From an uncultured Methylococcales bacterium (GTDB taxonomy: Bacteria; Pseudomonadota; Gammaproteobacteria; Methylococcales; Methylomonadaceae): DNA of 64,000 bases. Where the stretch lies: NCBI GenBank assembly GCA_903902705.1, contig CAIUVX010000113.1, positions 1,736 through 65,735 on the forward strand. The letters run 5' to 3'. The number at the start of each line of letters is the position of its first letter. Positions within the stretch are counted from its first letter, which is position 1. Under the pieces are notes generated by a model. The model saw only the letters and a program-made list of their open reading frames with translations. It did no database searches and was not told where the DNA came from. The translations under genes and the position numbers were made by a program. Positions 55,323-64,000 of this stretch are shown here, one piece after another.

Positions 55323-58300
55323 ATGCACAACAACTACTTCGATTCCGCGCACACTGAATTATTCCAAGGTATTAACCTGATAGAAGCCAGTGCGGGTACG
55401 GGTAAAACCTATGCGATTGCGATGTTGGTGTTGCGCTTTGTGGTGGAACAGGATTTAGGTATAGAAAAGATATTGGTGGTGACTTTTACCAAAGCAGCGA
55501 CCGAGGAATTGAGAGACCGAGTGCGTAGTCGTTTAGCGGAAACTAGACGGATACTGAACGCACTTGATAGCGATAACAACGACCAAGGAATCGTGAATTG
55601 GTTGAATGAACTGGCAATTGAACCAGAGTTAATCAAGCAACGCTTGAATAAAGCCTTGTTAGACATCGATCAAGCCAGTATTTTTACCATTCACAGTTTT
55701 TGCCAACGAGTATTGCGTGAACACGCGTTGGAAAGTGGGCAGTTATTTGACGCTGAATTAACCGATGATTTAGCCAGTATTAAACAAGCGTGCGTTGATG
55801 ATTTTTGGCGCAAACAGCTTTATAGCCGTAATCAATGGCAGTTTGCGGTATTGATTTCGGATTATTCAACGCCTGACGCTTTGTTAGCTAGCATTAATGG
55901 AATTGTCGATCATGTGGTGGTGTATCCAGATTATCAGGATTTAGATGAGGTGTTGCAGGAATTAGAGAGCGTAGTGGATGAAGCAAAAGTCGCGCTAAGT
56001 GCTTTTTCAAATTCGCTACAAGCGGGTTTTAAGGATGAAAAATTTAATGCTAGTTATTGCAGTGCTTATAAAGTGTCGTATCCCCTATTAAACGACTGGT
56101 TACATGGACGTAGCACACAAATTCCTGATGCTAAAAGTTTGGCTTTGTTCACTCATGACGGTCTACAAGCGGGATTAAATGGTAATAAATTTAGAGCCTC
56201 AAAAACCCAAACTTCCATAGAACGTAAAACCGAATATCTTGCTCAGTTAGCCATTGATACCTTGCCTTTTGACGCGCTTGCTAATGCTGTCCAGCAAGTG
56301 ACTTTAGTCTTGCGCCGTTCGTTATTAGAAACGCTACGCGCTGACTTGGATAAGCGATTACAGCAACTGAATGTATTGTCGTTTGATAATTTAATTACTC
56401 GTTTATCTGACGCATTAACAGGCGATAAAGCTGATTTACTTGCCAACGAATTGCGTGAGCGTTTTGCTGCCGCGTTGATTGATGAATTTCAAGATACTGA
56501 TAATAGCCAATGGGCTATTTTTTCTACGGTGTTTGGAGTGGACAGCCATTTTTTATATTTAATCGGCGATCCCAAACAGGCGATTTATAAATTTCGCGGT
56601 GCAGATATTTTTTCTTATCTGGCAGCACAAAAACAAGCCGATTATCACTTTACCTTAGGAAAAAACTGGCGTTCACATCCGCGATTAGTTGAGGCGGTGA
56701 ACGCGCTATTTCAACGCGATAATCCGTTTATATTGGATGAATTAGCATTTCATGCAGTTGAACCCGCTAAATCAGCAAGCGATGGTGAATTGCATTACCG
56801 TCCAAAACTTGTTTTGGACTCCAGCCCAGTTGCGCCGATGGTGTTATGGCAATTATCACCTAGCGATAGCAAAACAGGCTATTGGGGAAAAAGCGATGCT
56901 GAAAAAGAAATTCGTATCGCGGTGTGTAATGAAATTGTCGAATTACTGCAATCCTATCAATTACAGCCCAAAAATCATAGCGTACAACCGCAAGACATAG
57001 CCATATTGGTTAGAAGCAATAAACAAGCGCAAGATTATCAAATCGCCTTGCGTGACGTGGGCGTACCTGCGGTGTTGAACAGCGTGGAGTCTATTTTTAC
57101 TAGCCCAGAAGCGCGTGAACTGCATACGCTTTTACAGGCAGTAGCAAATCCTAGCGACAGCGGTTTACTGAAACAAGCCTTAACCCTGCACTGGTTTGCC
57201 TTGGATTTGCAACGTTTGTACGCGCTGTTTAATGATGAAACTGCATTAGATGAATGGATGGCGCGGTTTTTAAGTTATTACCAAGAGTGGCAAAAACTGG
57301 GCTTAATGGCGATGATGCAACGCTTGCTTACTCAAGAAAAAATCCGCTTACAGCTTGCCAATACCACCCAAGTAGAACGGCAGTTAACCAATATCTACCA
57401 TCTGATTGAACTGGTACATCAAGCCGCTATCAATGACCATCTCGGCATTAATAAAACACTGGATTGGTTGCAAGCGTCCATCCACAAAGCCAGCGCATCC
57501 GAAGCCCAGCAATTACGGCTGGAAAGTGATGATGATGCAGTGCAGATTGTCACTATGCACCGCTCTAAAGGACTGGAATATCCGATTGTTTTTTGCCCCT
57601 GCCTTGGGCAACACAATGATCGTTTACACAGCGAGCGTGAATTAATCACCTGCCATGATAATGGCAAAATAATTGTTGATTTGGGTTCACCCTATTTTGA
57701 GCAACACCGCCAACAAGCCATCATCGAAGAACACGCGGAAGATGTGCGCTTATTTTATGTGGCAGTCACTCGTGCTAAATACCGCTGTTATATTACTTGG
57801 GCGAATGTGCGTTCAGAAAACAAACCAAATGCGTCGGCGTTGGCATCGCTAATGGATTTTGCTGACGGTGATTTTGTTCAGCAACAAGCCAAGTTGCAAA
57901 GTTTTGAGCAAGCACAACCGCAAAGTTTTGTTTATCAGCTATTAGAATCGGTCAATGAACCGACAGGAAGTTATAAAAAACAGCAAAAAACAATTTCATT
58001 ACGCGGCAACCAACGGCTACGAACGTCTTTATATAGCTACTGGCAAATGAGTAGCTACACCGCCCTATCTGCATTAAGCGAACATAGCGCACCAGAATTG
58101 CCCGAAGATAAAGCCCGCGAACAAATCGAGTTATCCACGCCGCGACTTCTCACCGCTAAAGATTTACCCAAAGGTGCGCATACAGGCAACGCAGTTCATG
58201 ATTTGCTAGAAAATAATGCGTTTAGTGCGTTGGCACAACGTAAAGGCAGTATCACCTTACGCGAAAAAGCCTGTCAACGTTATAGCTTAAAACTTGACCG

Positions 58301-58847
58301 TCCTGAATTACTCGATGATCTATTGGAAAAGGTAGTGAAAACACCGTTATCGAATAATGATCCAGATTTTTGTTTAATGAATTTACCAGAATCTCAATGC
58401 TTAAAAGAAATGCCGTTTTATTTAGCTATGCAGGAAATAAATGTTCAGAAAATCAATGATATTTTGCAAGCTACGCCTGCTTATCAAGTGTTAAGCAGTA
58501 AAATAATGTGCGGTTATTTAACGGGGTTTATCGATCTGATTTGTGAATACCAAGGGCGTTATTATGTAATGGATTATAAAACTAATTTCTTAACTGACTA
58601 CGATGACGGCAATTTAACCCTCGCTATGCGTGAACATAACTACGGTTTGCAATATTGGCTTTATACTGTGGTACTGCATCGGTATTTACAAAACCGCCTG
58701 CCTAATTATGACTACGAACAACATTTTGGCGGTGTGCGTTATTTGTTCGTGCGTGGTATGTTGCCCGATGTCCCTATGAGCGGCGTGTATCACGATAAAC
58801 CCGATTATCAGCGCGTCAATCAGTTACTAATATTGTTCGGTGAATAA
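55323..58847 (+). CDS. recB: Exodeoxyribonuclease V beta subunit (RecB: UvrD-type helicase plus PD-(D/E)xK nuclease)
   Basis: 1174 aa. ASAGTGKT Walker A, DEFQDTD, TMHRSKGLEYP, and the C-terminal nuclease motif GFIDLICEYQGRYYVMDYKTN. Confidence 0.9.
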   Translation: MHNNYFDSAHTELFQGINLIEASAGTGKTYAIAMLVLRFVVEQDLGIEKILVVTFTKAATEELRDRVRSRLAETRRILNALDSDNNDQGIVNWLNELAIEPELIKQRLNKALLDIDQASIFTIHSFCQRVLREHALESGQLFDAELTDDLASIKQACVDDFWRKQLYSRNQWQFAVLISDYSTPDALLASINGIVDHVVVYPDYQDLDEVLQELESVVDEAKVALSAFSNSLQAGFKDEKFNASYCSAYKVSYPLLNDWLHGRSTQIPDAKSLALFTHDGLQAGLNGNKFRASKTQTSIERKTEYLAQLAIDTLPFDALANAVQQVTLVLRRSLLETLRADLDKRLQQLNVLSFDNLITRLSDALTGDKADLLANELRERFAAALIDEFQDTDNSQWAIFSTVFGVDSHFLYLIGDPKQAIYKFRGADIFSYLAAQKQADYHFTLGKNWRSHPRLVEAVNALFQRDNPFILDELAFHAVEPAKSASDGELHYRPKLVLDSSPVAPMVLWQLSPSDSKTGYWGKSDAEKEIRIAVCNEIVELLQSYQLQPKNHSVQPQDIAILVRSNKQAQDYQIALRDVGVPAVLNSVESIFTSPEARELHTLLQAVANPSDSGLLKQALTLHWFALDLQRLYALFNDETALDEWMARFLSYYQEWQKLGLMAMMQRLLTQEKIRLQLANTTQVERQLTNIYHLIELVHQAAINDHLGINKTLDWLQASIHKASASEAQQLRLESDDDAVQIVTMHRSKGLEYPIVFCPCLGQHNDRLHSERELITCHDNGKIIVDLGSPYFEQHRQQAIIEEHAEDVRLFYVAVTRAKYRCYITWANVRSENKPNASALASLMDFADGDFVQQQAKLQSFEQAQPQSFVYQLLESVNEPTGSYKKQQKTISLRGNQRLRTSLYSYWQMSSYTALSALSEHSAPELPEDKAREQIELSTPRLLTAKDLPKGAHTGNAVHDLLENNAFSALAQRKGSITLREKACQRYSLKLDRPELLDDLLEKVVKTPLSNNDPDFCLMNLPESQCLKEMPFYLAMQEINVQKINDILQATPAYQVLSSKIMCGYLTGFIDLICEYQGRYYVMDYKTNFLTDYDDGNLTLAMREHNYGLQYWLYTVVLHRYLQNRLPNYDYEQHFGGVRYLFVRGMLPDVPMSGVYHDKPDYQRVNQLLILFGE

Positions 58848-59038
58848 AATATTTTCATGCCAAAAAAGTTTTTTCTGAGTAACTATAACTCTTTAATACA
58901 ATGTTTTACACCTCATTCTTAATGTAATTAGCGCATTTATAATGCTTTCCTCGCACTCTACTAAGTAGATTTATGCTTGAATTACACTACTATTGGCATT
59001 ATGTTAATGCCGTTAACATACTTTGTGTAGCAGTAACT

Positions 59039-59362
59039 ATGTCCGATTTTGATCCACTTGATGATAATGGCGATGATTTAGCAACTAAAGAAGCTAAACC
59101 ACAGCTACAAAGACCACCTTTATATAAGGTGATTTTATTAAATGATGATTTTACGCCTATGGATTTTGTGATTGAAATTCTGATGGATTTTTTTGCGATG
59201 CCTGAGGACAAAGCGACACAGGTCATGTTACAAATACATACGCAAGGAGTGGGAGTGTGCGGTACATACAGTAAAGATGTAGCAGAAACTAAAGTAGTTA
59301 TAGTCAACGAATATTCTCGTGAACATCAGCATCCATTGTTGTGCGCGATGGAAGAAGTATAA
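59039..59362 (+). CDS. clpS: ATP-dependent Clp protease adaptor ClpS
   Basis: [19 protein letters not shown] and H..G....G motifs. The ATG at 59039 gives the normal length of about 107 aa. Confidence 0.93.
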   Translation: MSDFDPLDDNGDDLATKEAKPQLQRPPLYKVILLNDDFTPMDFVIEILMDFFAMPEDKATQVMLQIHTQGVGVCGTYSKDVAETKVVIVNEYSREHQHPLLCAMEEV

Positions 59363-59374
59363 AGTGGAGCATTT

Positions 59375-61636
59375 ATGTTAAGTAAAGAACTTGAAGTTAC
59401 CCTAAACACCGCCTTTAAAAACGCGCGTGATAAACGTCACGAATTTATCACGGTAGAGCATTTGTTACTGGCATTGCTAGATAATGCGGCGGCCGAAACC
59501 ATTATGAAGGCGTGTGCTTGTAATATTAAAATGCTACGCGGACAGTTGACGCAATTTATTGACGAGACTATTTCGTATATTTCCGAAGGTGTACAACGCG
59601 AGACTCAGCCGACCTTGGGATTTCAGCGCGTATTACAGCGTGCAGTATTTCATGTACAGGCATCTGATAAAAAAGAAGTGACAGGCGCGAGCTTATTTGT
59701 TGCCCTGTTCAGTGAGCAAGACTCACACGCGGTTTATTTACTGAATAAACAAGAAATAACCCGCCTCGATGTAGTCAACTTTTTGGCACATGGCACGACA
59801 AAAATGGATCAAGATTCCGAAGCTGACGAGCGCAATACAGACGCTAATCAAGCTGATCCAGATAATTCCAGTAGTCCCTTAGAAAAATACACCACTAATC
59901 TGAATGAAGAAGCGCGACAAGGTCGTATTGACCCATTGATTGGTAGAGAGCTAGAAATCGAGCGCACCATTCAAACCTTATGCCGTCGCCGTAAAAATAA
60001 TCCGTTATTAGTCGGTGAAGCAGGCGTGGGTAAAACAGCGATTGCTGAAGGCTTAGCAAAACGAATAGTGGAAGGCGAAGTCCCTGAAGTGCTAAAAAAC
60101 AGCGTGATTTATTCACTCGATTTAGGTGCGTTAGTAGCAGGGACTAAATACCGTGGTGATTTTGAAAAACGCCTTAAATCCTTAGTCAGTCACTTGAAAA
60201 AAGAACCTGATTCGATTTTGTTCATAGACGAAATTCATACCATCATTGGTGCAGGTTCTGCTTCTGGTGGGGTGATGGATGCGTCCAACCTAATCAAACC
60301 TGTACTCGCTTCGGGGCAGTTGCGTTGTATTGGTTCGACCACTTATCAAGAATATCGCGGTATTTTTGAAAAAGACCACGCCTTAGCTCGCCGTTTTCAA
60401 AAAATTGATGTTCTTGAACCTTCAGTTGAAGACACCATTTTGATTTTGAAAGGTTTGAAATCCCGTTTTGAACAACATCACGACGTTAAATATACACCCG
60501 AAGCCTTACGTCTAGCGGCTGAATTATCTGACCGTTATATCACCGATAGACATTTGCCCGACAAAGCTATTGACGTGATTGATGAAGCAGGTGCGAAACA
60601 GCGCATGGCGACAAAAGCCTTGCGTAAACAACTGATTGAAGCGGTTGATATAGAAGAAATTGTCTCTAAAATAGCCAGAGTACCTGCTAAATCAGTGTCA
60701 TCTAACGACATTGATAAATTAGGCAACTTAGAGAAAAATCTAAAAATGCTGGTGTTTGGTCAAGATGAAGCCATTAATGCTTTAGCCTCTGCTATCAAAT
60801 TATCACGCGCTGGACTGAGGGAATCGCAAAAAACCATCGGCTCATTTATTTTTGCAGGGCCTACGGGTGTTGGAAAAACCGAAGTTACCCGCCAATTAGC
60901 GAAAGTATTAGGCATAGAGTTAATTCGTTTTGATATGTCCGAATACATGGAACGTCACACGGTTTCAAGATTGATAGGCGCACCTCCTGGTTATGTTGGT
61001 TTTGACCAAGGCGGTTTATTAACTGAACAAGTCACTAAACATCCGCACGCTGTTTTATTGCTGGATGAACTGGAAAAAGCCCATCCTGATGTCTTTAACC
61101 TGTTGTTACAAGTGATGGATCATGGCTCATTAACCGACAATAATGGACGTAAAGCGGATTTTCGCAATATCATTCTGGTCATGACTACTAATGCAGGTGC
61201 GGCAGAAGGCAGTCGCGCTTCTATCGGTTTCACCTCTCAAGATCACGCCACCGATAGCTTAAAAGTGATTGAAAAAGGCTTTTCACCCGAATTTCGTAAT
61301 CGTTTAGATGCCATTATTCAATTCAAACCCCTCGATATTTCTATCGTTGGCTATGTAGTGGATAAATTCATTTTTGAATTAGAAGCCTTATTATCCGATA
61401 AACAAGTCACCCTTGCTCTGGATACCGAAGCCCGCTTATGGTTAGCTGAACACGGTTGCGATCCAAAAATGGGCGCAAGACCGATGGCGCGATTAATCCA
61501 AGAGAAAATTAAAAAACCTCTGGCTAATGATCTGCTATTTGGCAAACTCGCGCACGGTGGACACGTTAGAATTTATGTGGAAAATAATGAACTGGCTTTT
61601 GCCATAGAAAGCAAAGAGCTGGTTGTTTCTGACTAA
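59375..61636 (+). CDS. clpA: ATP-dependent Clp protease ATP-binding subunit ClpA
   Basis: 753 aa. Clp N-domain, two AAA+ modules ([16 protein letters not shown]), no middle domain. Follows clpS. Confidence 0.96.
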   Translation: MLSKELEVTLNTAFKNARDKRHEFITVEHLLLALLDNAAAETIMKACACNIKMLRGQLTQFIDETISYISEGVQRETQPTLGFQRVLQRAVFHVQASDKKEVTGASLFVALFSEQDSHAVYLLNKQEITRLDVVNFLAHGTTKMDQDSEADERNTDANQADPDNSSSPLEKYTTNLNEEARQGRIDPLIGRELEIERTIQTLCRRRKNNPLLVGEAGVGKTAIAEGLAKRIVEGEVPEVLKNSVIYSLDLGALVAGTKYRGDFEKRLKSLVSHLKKEPDSILFIDEIHTIIGAGSASGGVMDASNLIKPVLASGQLRCIGSTTYQEYRGIFEKDHALARRFQKIDVLEPSVEDTILILKGLKSRFEQHHDVKYTPEALRLAAELSDRYITDRHLPDKAIDVIDEAGAKQRMATKALRKQLIEAVDIEEIVSKIARVPAKSVSSNDIDKLGNLEKNLKMLVFGQDEAINALASAIKLSRAGLRESQKTIGSFIFAGPTGVGKTEVTRQLAKVLGIELIRFDMSEYMERHTVSRLIGAPPGYVGFDQGGLLTEQVTKHPHAVLLLDELEKAHPDVFNLLLQVMDHGSLTDNNGRKADFRNIILVMTTNAGAAEGSRASIGFTSQDHATDSLKVIEKGFSPEFRNRLDAIIQFKPLDISIVGYVVDKFIFELEALLSDKQVTLALDTEARLWLAEHGCDPKMGARPMARLIQEKIKKPLANDLLFGKLAHGGHVRIYVENNELAFAIESKELVVSD

Positions 61637-61651
61637 AGGACGCAGTAACTA

Positions 61652-62083
61652 ATGACCTCTTTACATGAACAAGATTTTTACGCATGGACAAAACAGCAAG
61701 CCGATATTTTAAAATCGGGGAATGTTCGTGTGTTAGATGTTCATTATTTGATAGAGGAATTAGAAAACATGGGGGCGCGTGAAAAGCGCGAATTGGTTCA
61801 TAGGCTGACTTTATTACTGGGGCATTTATTGAAATGGGTGTATCAACCAGAAAGACGCGGCAATAGTTGGATTGCAACTATTGAAGAACAGCGTTTAGAG
61901 GTTAGTGACTTAATACAAGACAACCCTAGTTTAAAATATCAGCTAGAACAACAATTCGAAAAAGCCTACACCAAAGCGATTTTATTTGCAGTAAAGGAAA
62001 CTAATTTATCCAAGTCTACTTTCCCCAATGAATCGCCTTTCACTTTGAAACAAACCTTGAACAGAGACTATTTACCAGACTAG
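61652..62083 (+). CDS. DUF29 domain-containing protein
   Basis: LHEQDFYAWT..QA..L........D...LIEELE.MG..EKREL..RL..LL.HLLKW.YQP..R..SW pattern typical of DUF29. Confidence 0.75.
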   Translation: MTSLHEQDFYAWTKQQADILKSGNVRVLDVHYLIEELENMGAREKRELVHRLTLLLGHLLKWVYQPERRGNSWIATIEEQRLEVSDLIQDNPSLKYQLEQQFEKAYTKAILFAVKETNLSKSTFPNESPFTLKQTLNRDYLPD

Positions 62084-62090
62084 AACGATA

Positions 62091-62122
62091 GCGTTAATTC
62101 CATCGCAAGATGGAATTAACGC
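62091..62122. terminator. Perfect 14-bp stem hairpin GCGTTAATTCCATC-GCAA-GATGGAATTAACGC between convergent DUF29 and infA; overlaps the infA stop codon
   Basis: Read directly from the sequence; GNRA-like GCAA loop. Its position between convergent 3' ends suggests a bidirectional terminator. Confidence 0.55.
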
Positions 62123-62334
62123 ATACGGAAAGTGATACGACCTTTAGATAAATCGTAGGGAGTCATTTCAACTTTAACGCTGTCACCCGTCAAAATACGA
62201 ATATAATGCTTGCGCATTTTTCCTGAAATATGAGCGGTTACAACATGACCGTTCTCTAGTTGTACACGAAACATAGTATTTGGAAGGGTGTCAATCACCT
62301 TACCTTCCATTTCAATTTGATCTTCTTTAGCCAT
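62116..62334 (-). CDS. infA: Translation initiation factor IF-1
   Basis: [30 protein letters not shown]...GRITFR, a near-universal IF-1 sequence. 72 aa from the ATG at 62334. Confidence 0.96.
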   Translation of the reverse strand: MAKEDQIEMEGKVIDTLPNTMFRVQLENGHVVTAHISGKMRKHYIRILTGDSVKVEMTPYDLSKGRITFRMR

Positions 62335-62453
62335 TGTGTTTAATCCAAGCAATTAAAAGTGTCAATTATACCACAAGCCTGATTTTAACAACACAACCGC
62401 GTTCATTCCACGTTAGCTATAATTTCAAAAATGGCTTATAAAAACCCCAAACT

Positions 62454-62544
62454 CCCTCTCCTGCTGGAGAGGGTTGGGGTGAGGAGAATAAAATCAAGTG
62501 TTTACATTTCCCCTCATCCCAACCTTCTCCCTCTGGAGAAGGAG
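62454..62544. repeat. Inverted pair of CCCTCTCC..GGAGAGGGTTGGGGTGAGG-type elements (62454..62485 forward, 62510..62544 reverse)
   Basis: Read from the sequence; same family as 2434..2466. Confidence 0.7.
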
Positions 62545-62634
62545 TAATAGCACTTGTGTAGATACCTATGCTTTTATGGTGTAGCATAAGCTGAATTCAA
62601 AATTCTCCATTACCTTCTTTATTGATTGCTGTTT

Positions 62635-64000
62635 ATGACCACTAAAAAAACCACCGATGCCACGCCGCACATCGCCAATACGAATTTCCCTATTGTTGGC
62701 ATCGGCGCGTCAGCGGGTGGTTTAGAAGCCTTTGAGCAATTTTTTCATGCTATGCCCGCGAATAGCGGACTGGCTTTTGTGTTAGTGCCGCATCTTGATC
62801 CCAGTCATGGCAGTTTGCTCACGGAAATTTTGCAACGTTCCACCACCATGCCTGTGATTGAGGCACTGGATCAACTCCCTGTTGAAGCCAATCATGTCTA
62901 TATCATTCCACCTAATCGGGATATGGAAATTTTTCATGGTGAATTGCAACTGACTGTACCCGTTGCGCCACGCGGGCAACGCTTGCCGATTGATAATTTT
63001 TTGCGCTCATTGGCGGACGATCAGCAAGAAAACGCCATCGGCATTATTCTATCTGGTACAGGAACTGACGGCACACAAGGAGCGCGAGCTATTCATGGTA
63101 TGGGTGGTATTGTGTTAGTGCAAGAACCTGGCACGGCTAAATATGACGGAATGCCAACTAGCGTGATTAATGCGGGTTATGCCACTCATAGCCTGCCTAT
63201 CGATAGAATGTGGGCAACACTGCAAGCTGATATGCGTAACATTACCCTGCATATTGAGAACACTCCGCCTTCCAAAACAGCAATGGGCATAAAACACATA
63301 CTGCTTCAATTACGCGCCACTACAGGTCATGACTTCGCCTTATACAAACAAAGCACTATCGGGCGGCGCATTGAACGGCGAATGTTGCAACATAATATCG
63401 ACAACATTGACGTTTATGCGCGTTATATGAAAGAAAATCTAGCCGAGGCACGGATTTTATTCAAAGAATTGCTGATTAATGTCACCAGTTTTTTCCGTGA
63501 TACCGAGGCGTTTTCGGTGCTTGAAAATAGCATTCTTCCTTCTTTGTGTGCTGATAAATCTGATGATTTTGTCTTTCGTGCGTGGGTAGCAGGTTGCTCG
63601 ACGGGCGAAGAAGCTTACTCGATTGCCATATTGCTACGCGAATTTATGACTAAAACTCATCGCGAATTTAAAGTGCAGATATACAGCACTGATTTGGATG
63701 AAGATGTGATTTCTATCGCCCGCACAGGTTTTTATGCACCCAATATCGTATTAGATGTCACGCCAGATCGATTAAATCGCTTCTTCATTAAAGAAGAGTC
63801 TGGCTATCGCATCAAAAAAGACATCCGTGAGATGGTGGTATTCGCCATTCAAAACGTCATTAAAGACCCACCGTTTACCAAACTGGAGTTATTGAGTTGC
63901 CGCAATCTGATGATTTATCTGGAAGCTGAATTACAAAATCGTTTGATTCCGACTTTTCACTATGCGCTCAATCCCAATGGCGTGCTGTTTCTATCACCGT
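62635..64000 (+). CDS. CheB methylesterase / CheR methyltransferase fusion protein, N-terminal part (continues beyond the window)
   Basis: Not in the ORF track because it is open-ended. Translating by hand from the ATG at 62635 gives IVGIGASAGGLEAF..F (CheB-type), then HDF..YK..T..RRIERRM, FFRD, AGCSTGEEAYS and CRN..IY (CheR SAM-binding). No stop before base 64000. Confidence 0.85.
   Translation, partial: MTTKKTTDATPHIANTNFPIVGIGASAGGLEAFEQFFHAMPANSGLAFVLVPHLDPSHGSLLTEILQRSTTMPVIEALDQLPVEANHVYIIPPNRDMEIFHGELQLTVPVAPRGQRLPIDNFLRSLADDQQENAIGIILSGTGTDGTQGARAIHGMGGIVLVQEPGTAKYDGMPTSVINAGYATHSLPIDRMWATLQADMRNITLHIENTPPSKTAMGIKHILLQLRATTGHDFALYKQSTIGRRIERRMLQHNIDNIDVYARYMKENLAEARILFKELLINVTSFFRDTEAFSVLENSILPSLCADKSDDFVFRAWVAGCSTGEEAYSIAILLREFMTKTHREFKVQIYSTDLDEDVISIARTGFYAPNIVLDVTPDRLNRFFIKEESGYRIKKDIREMVVFAIQNVIKDPPFTKLELLSCRNLMIYLEAELQNRLIPTFHYALNPNGVLFLSP

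Noticed and set aside
1-64000. tRNA, rRNA, tmRNA or other canonical RNA genes
   Set aside because: Scanning the intergenic regions by eye showed no cloverleaf-compatible sequences, and none of the conserved rRNA or tmRNA motifs I can recognise. Absence cannot be proven without tRNAscan or Infernal.

Overview
This is a 64 kb chromosomal segment from an AT-rich gammaproteobacterium. The dispersed hairpin repeat families and gene content suggest a Thiotrichales or Beggiatoa-like organism, but that is only a guess. No rRNA, tRNA or CRISPR array was seen.

The backbone is housekeeping:
- glnE (5' truncated)
- a LysR-controlled DoxX/pirin/CDGSH/nitroreductase stress cluster
- SufU-like gene, eutBC, sbcCD, tadA-guaA
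- a hisB-H-A-F-I operon
- rng-yhdP-nit, proB, recB, clpS-clpA, infA
- the start of a CheB/CheR fusion gene

Two hydrogenase-related loci are present:
- An interrupted hypF-hypC-hypD-hypE-endopeptidase maturation cluster.
- A tightly coupled six-gene hyfBCEFGI-like membrane complex, preceded by a SulP transporter. By eye, its large subunit has lost all four NiFe cysteine ligands, which makes it Ehr/MBX-like.

The most interesting accessory content sits inside the his operon:
- Between hisA and hisF is a three-gene cassette. It encodes an orphan HEPN protein with an intact Rx5H motif, followed by two mutually paralogous unknown proteins, with no MNT partner.
- Between hisF and hisI is a 3.1 kb mosaic. 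It holds a frameshifted DUF4160/DUF2442 pair, three secreted or membrane ORFs bracketed by inverted repeats, and a second overlapping two-gene module of unknown function.

At least five families of structured repeats pepper the intergenic space, including a 36-bp perfect palindrome. Several of them bracket small ORFs like cassette boundaries. A decayed IS200-type tnpA is also present.

All calls come from reading the translations and the sequence by eye. No database search was possible, and repeat coordinates are approximate to a few bases.
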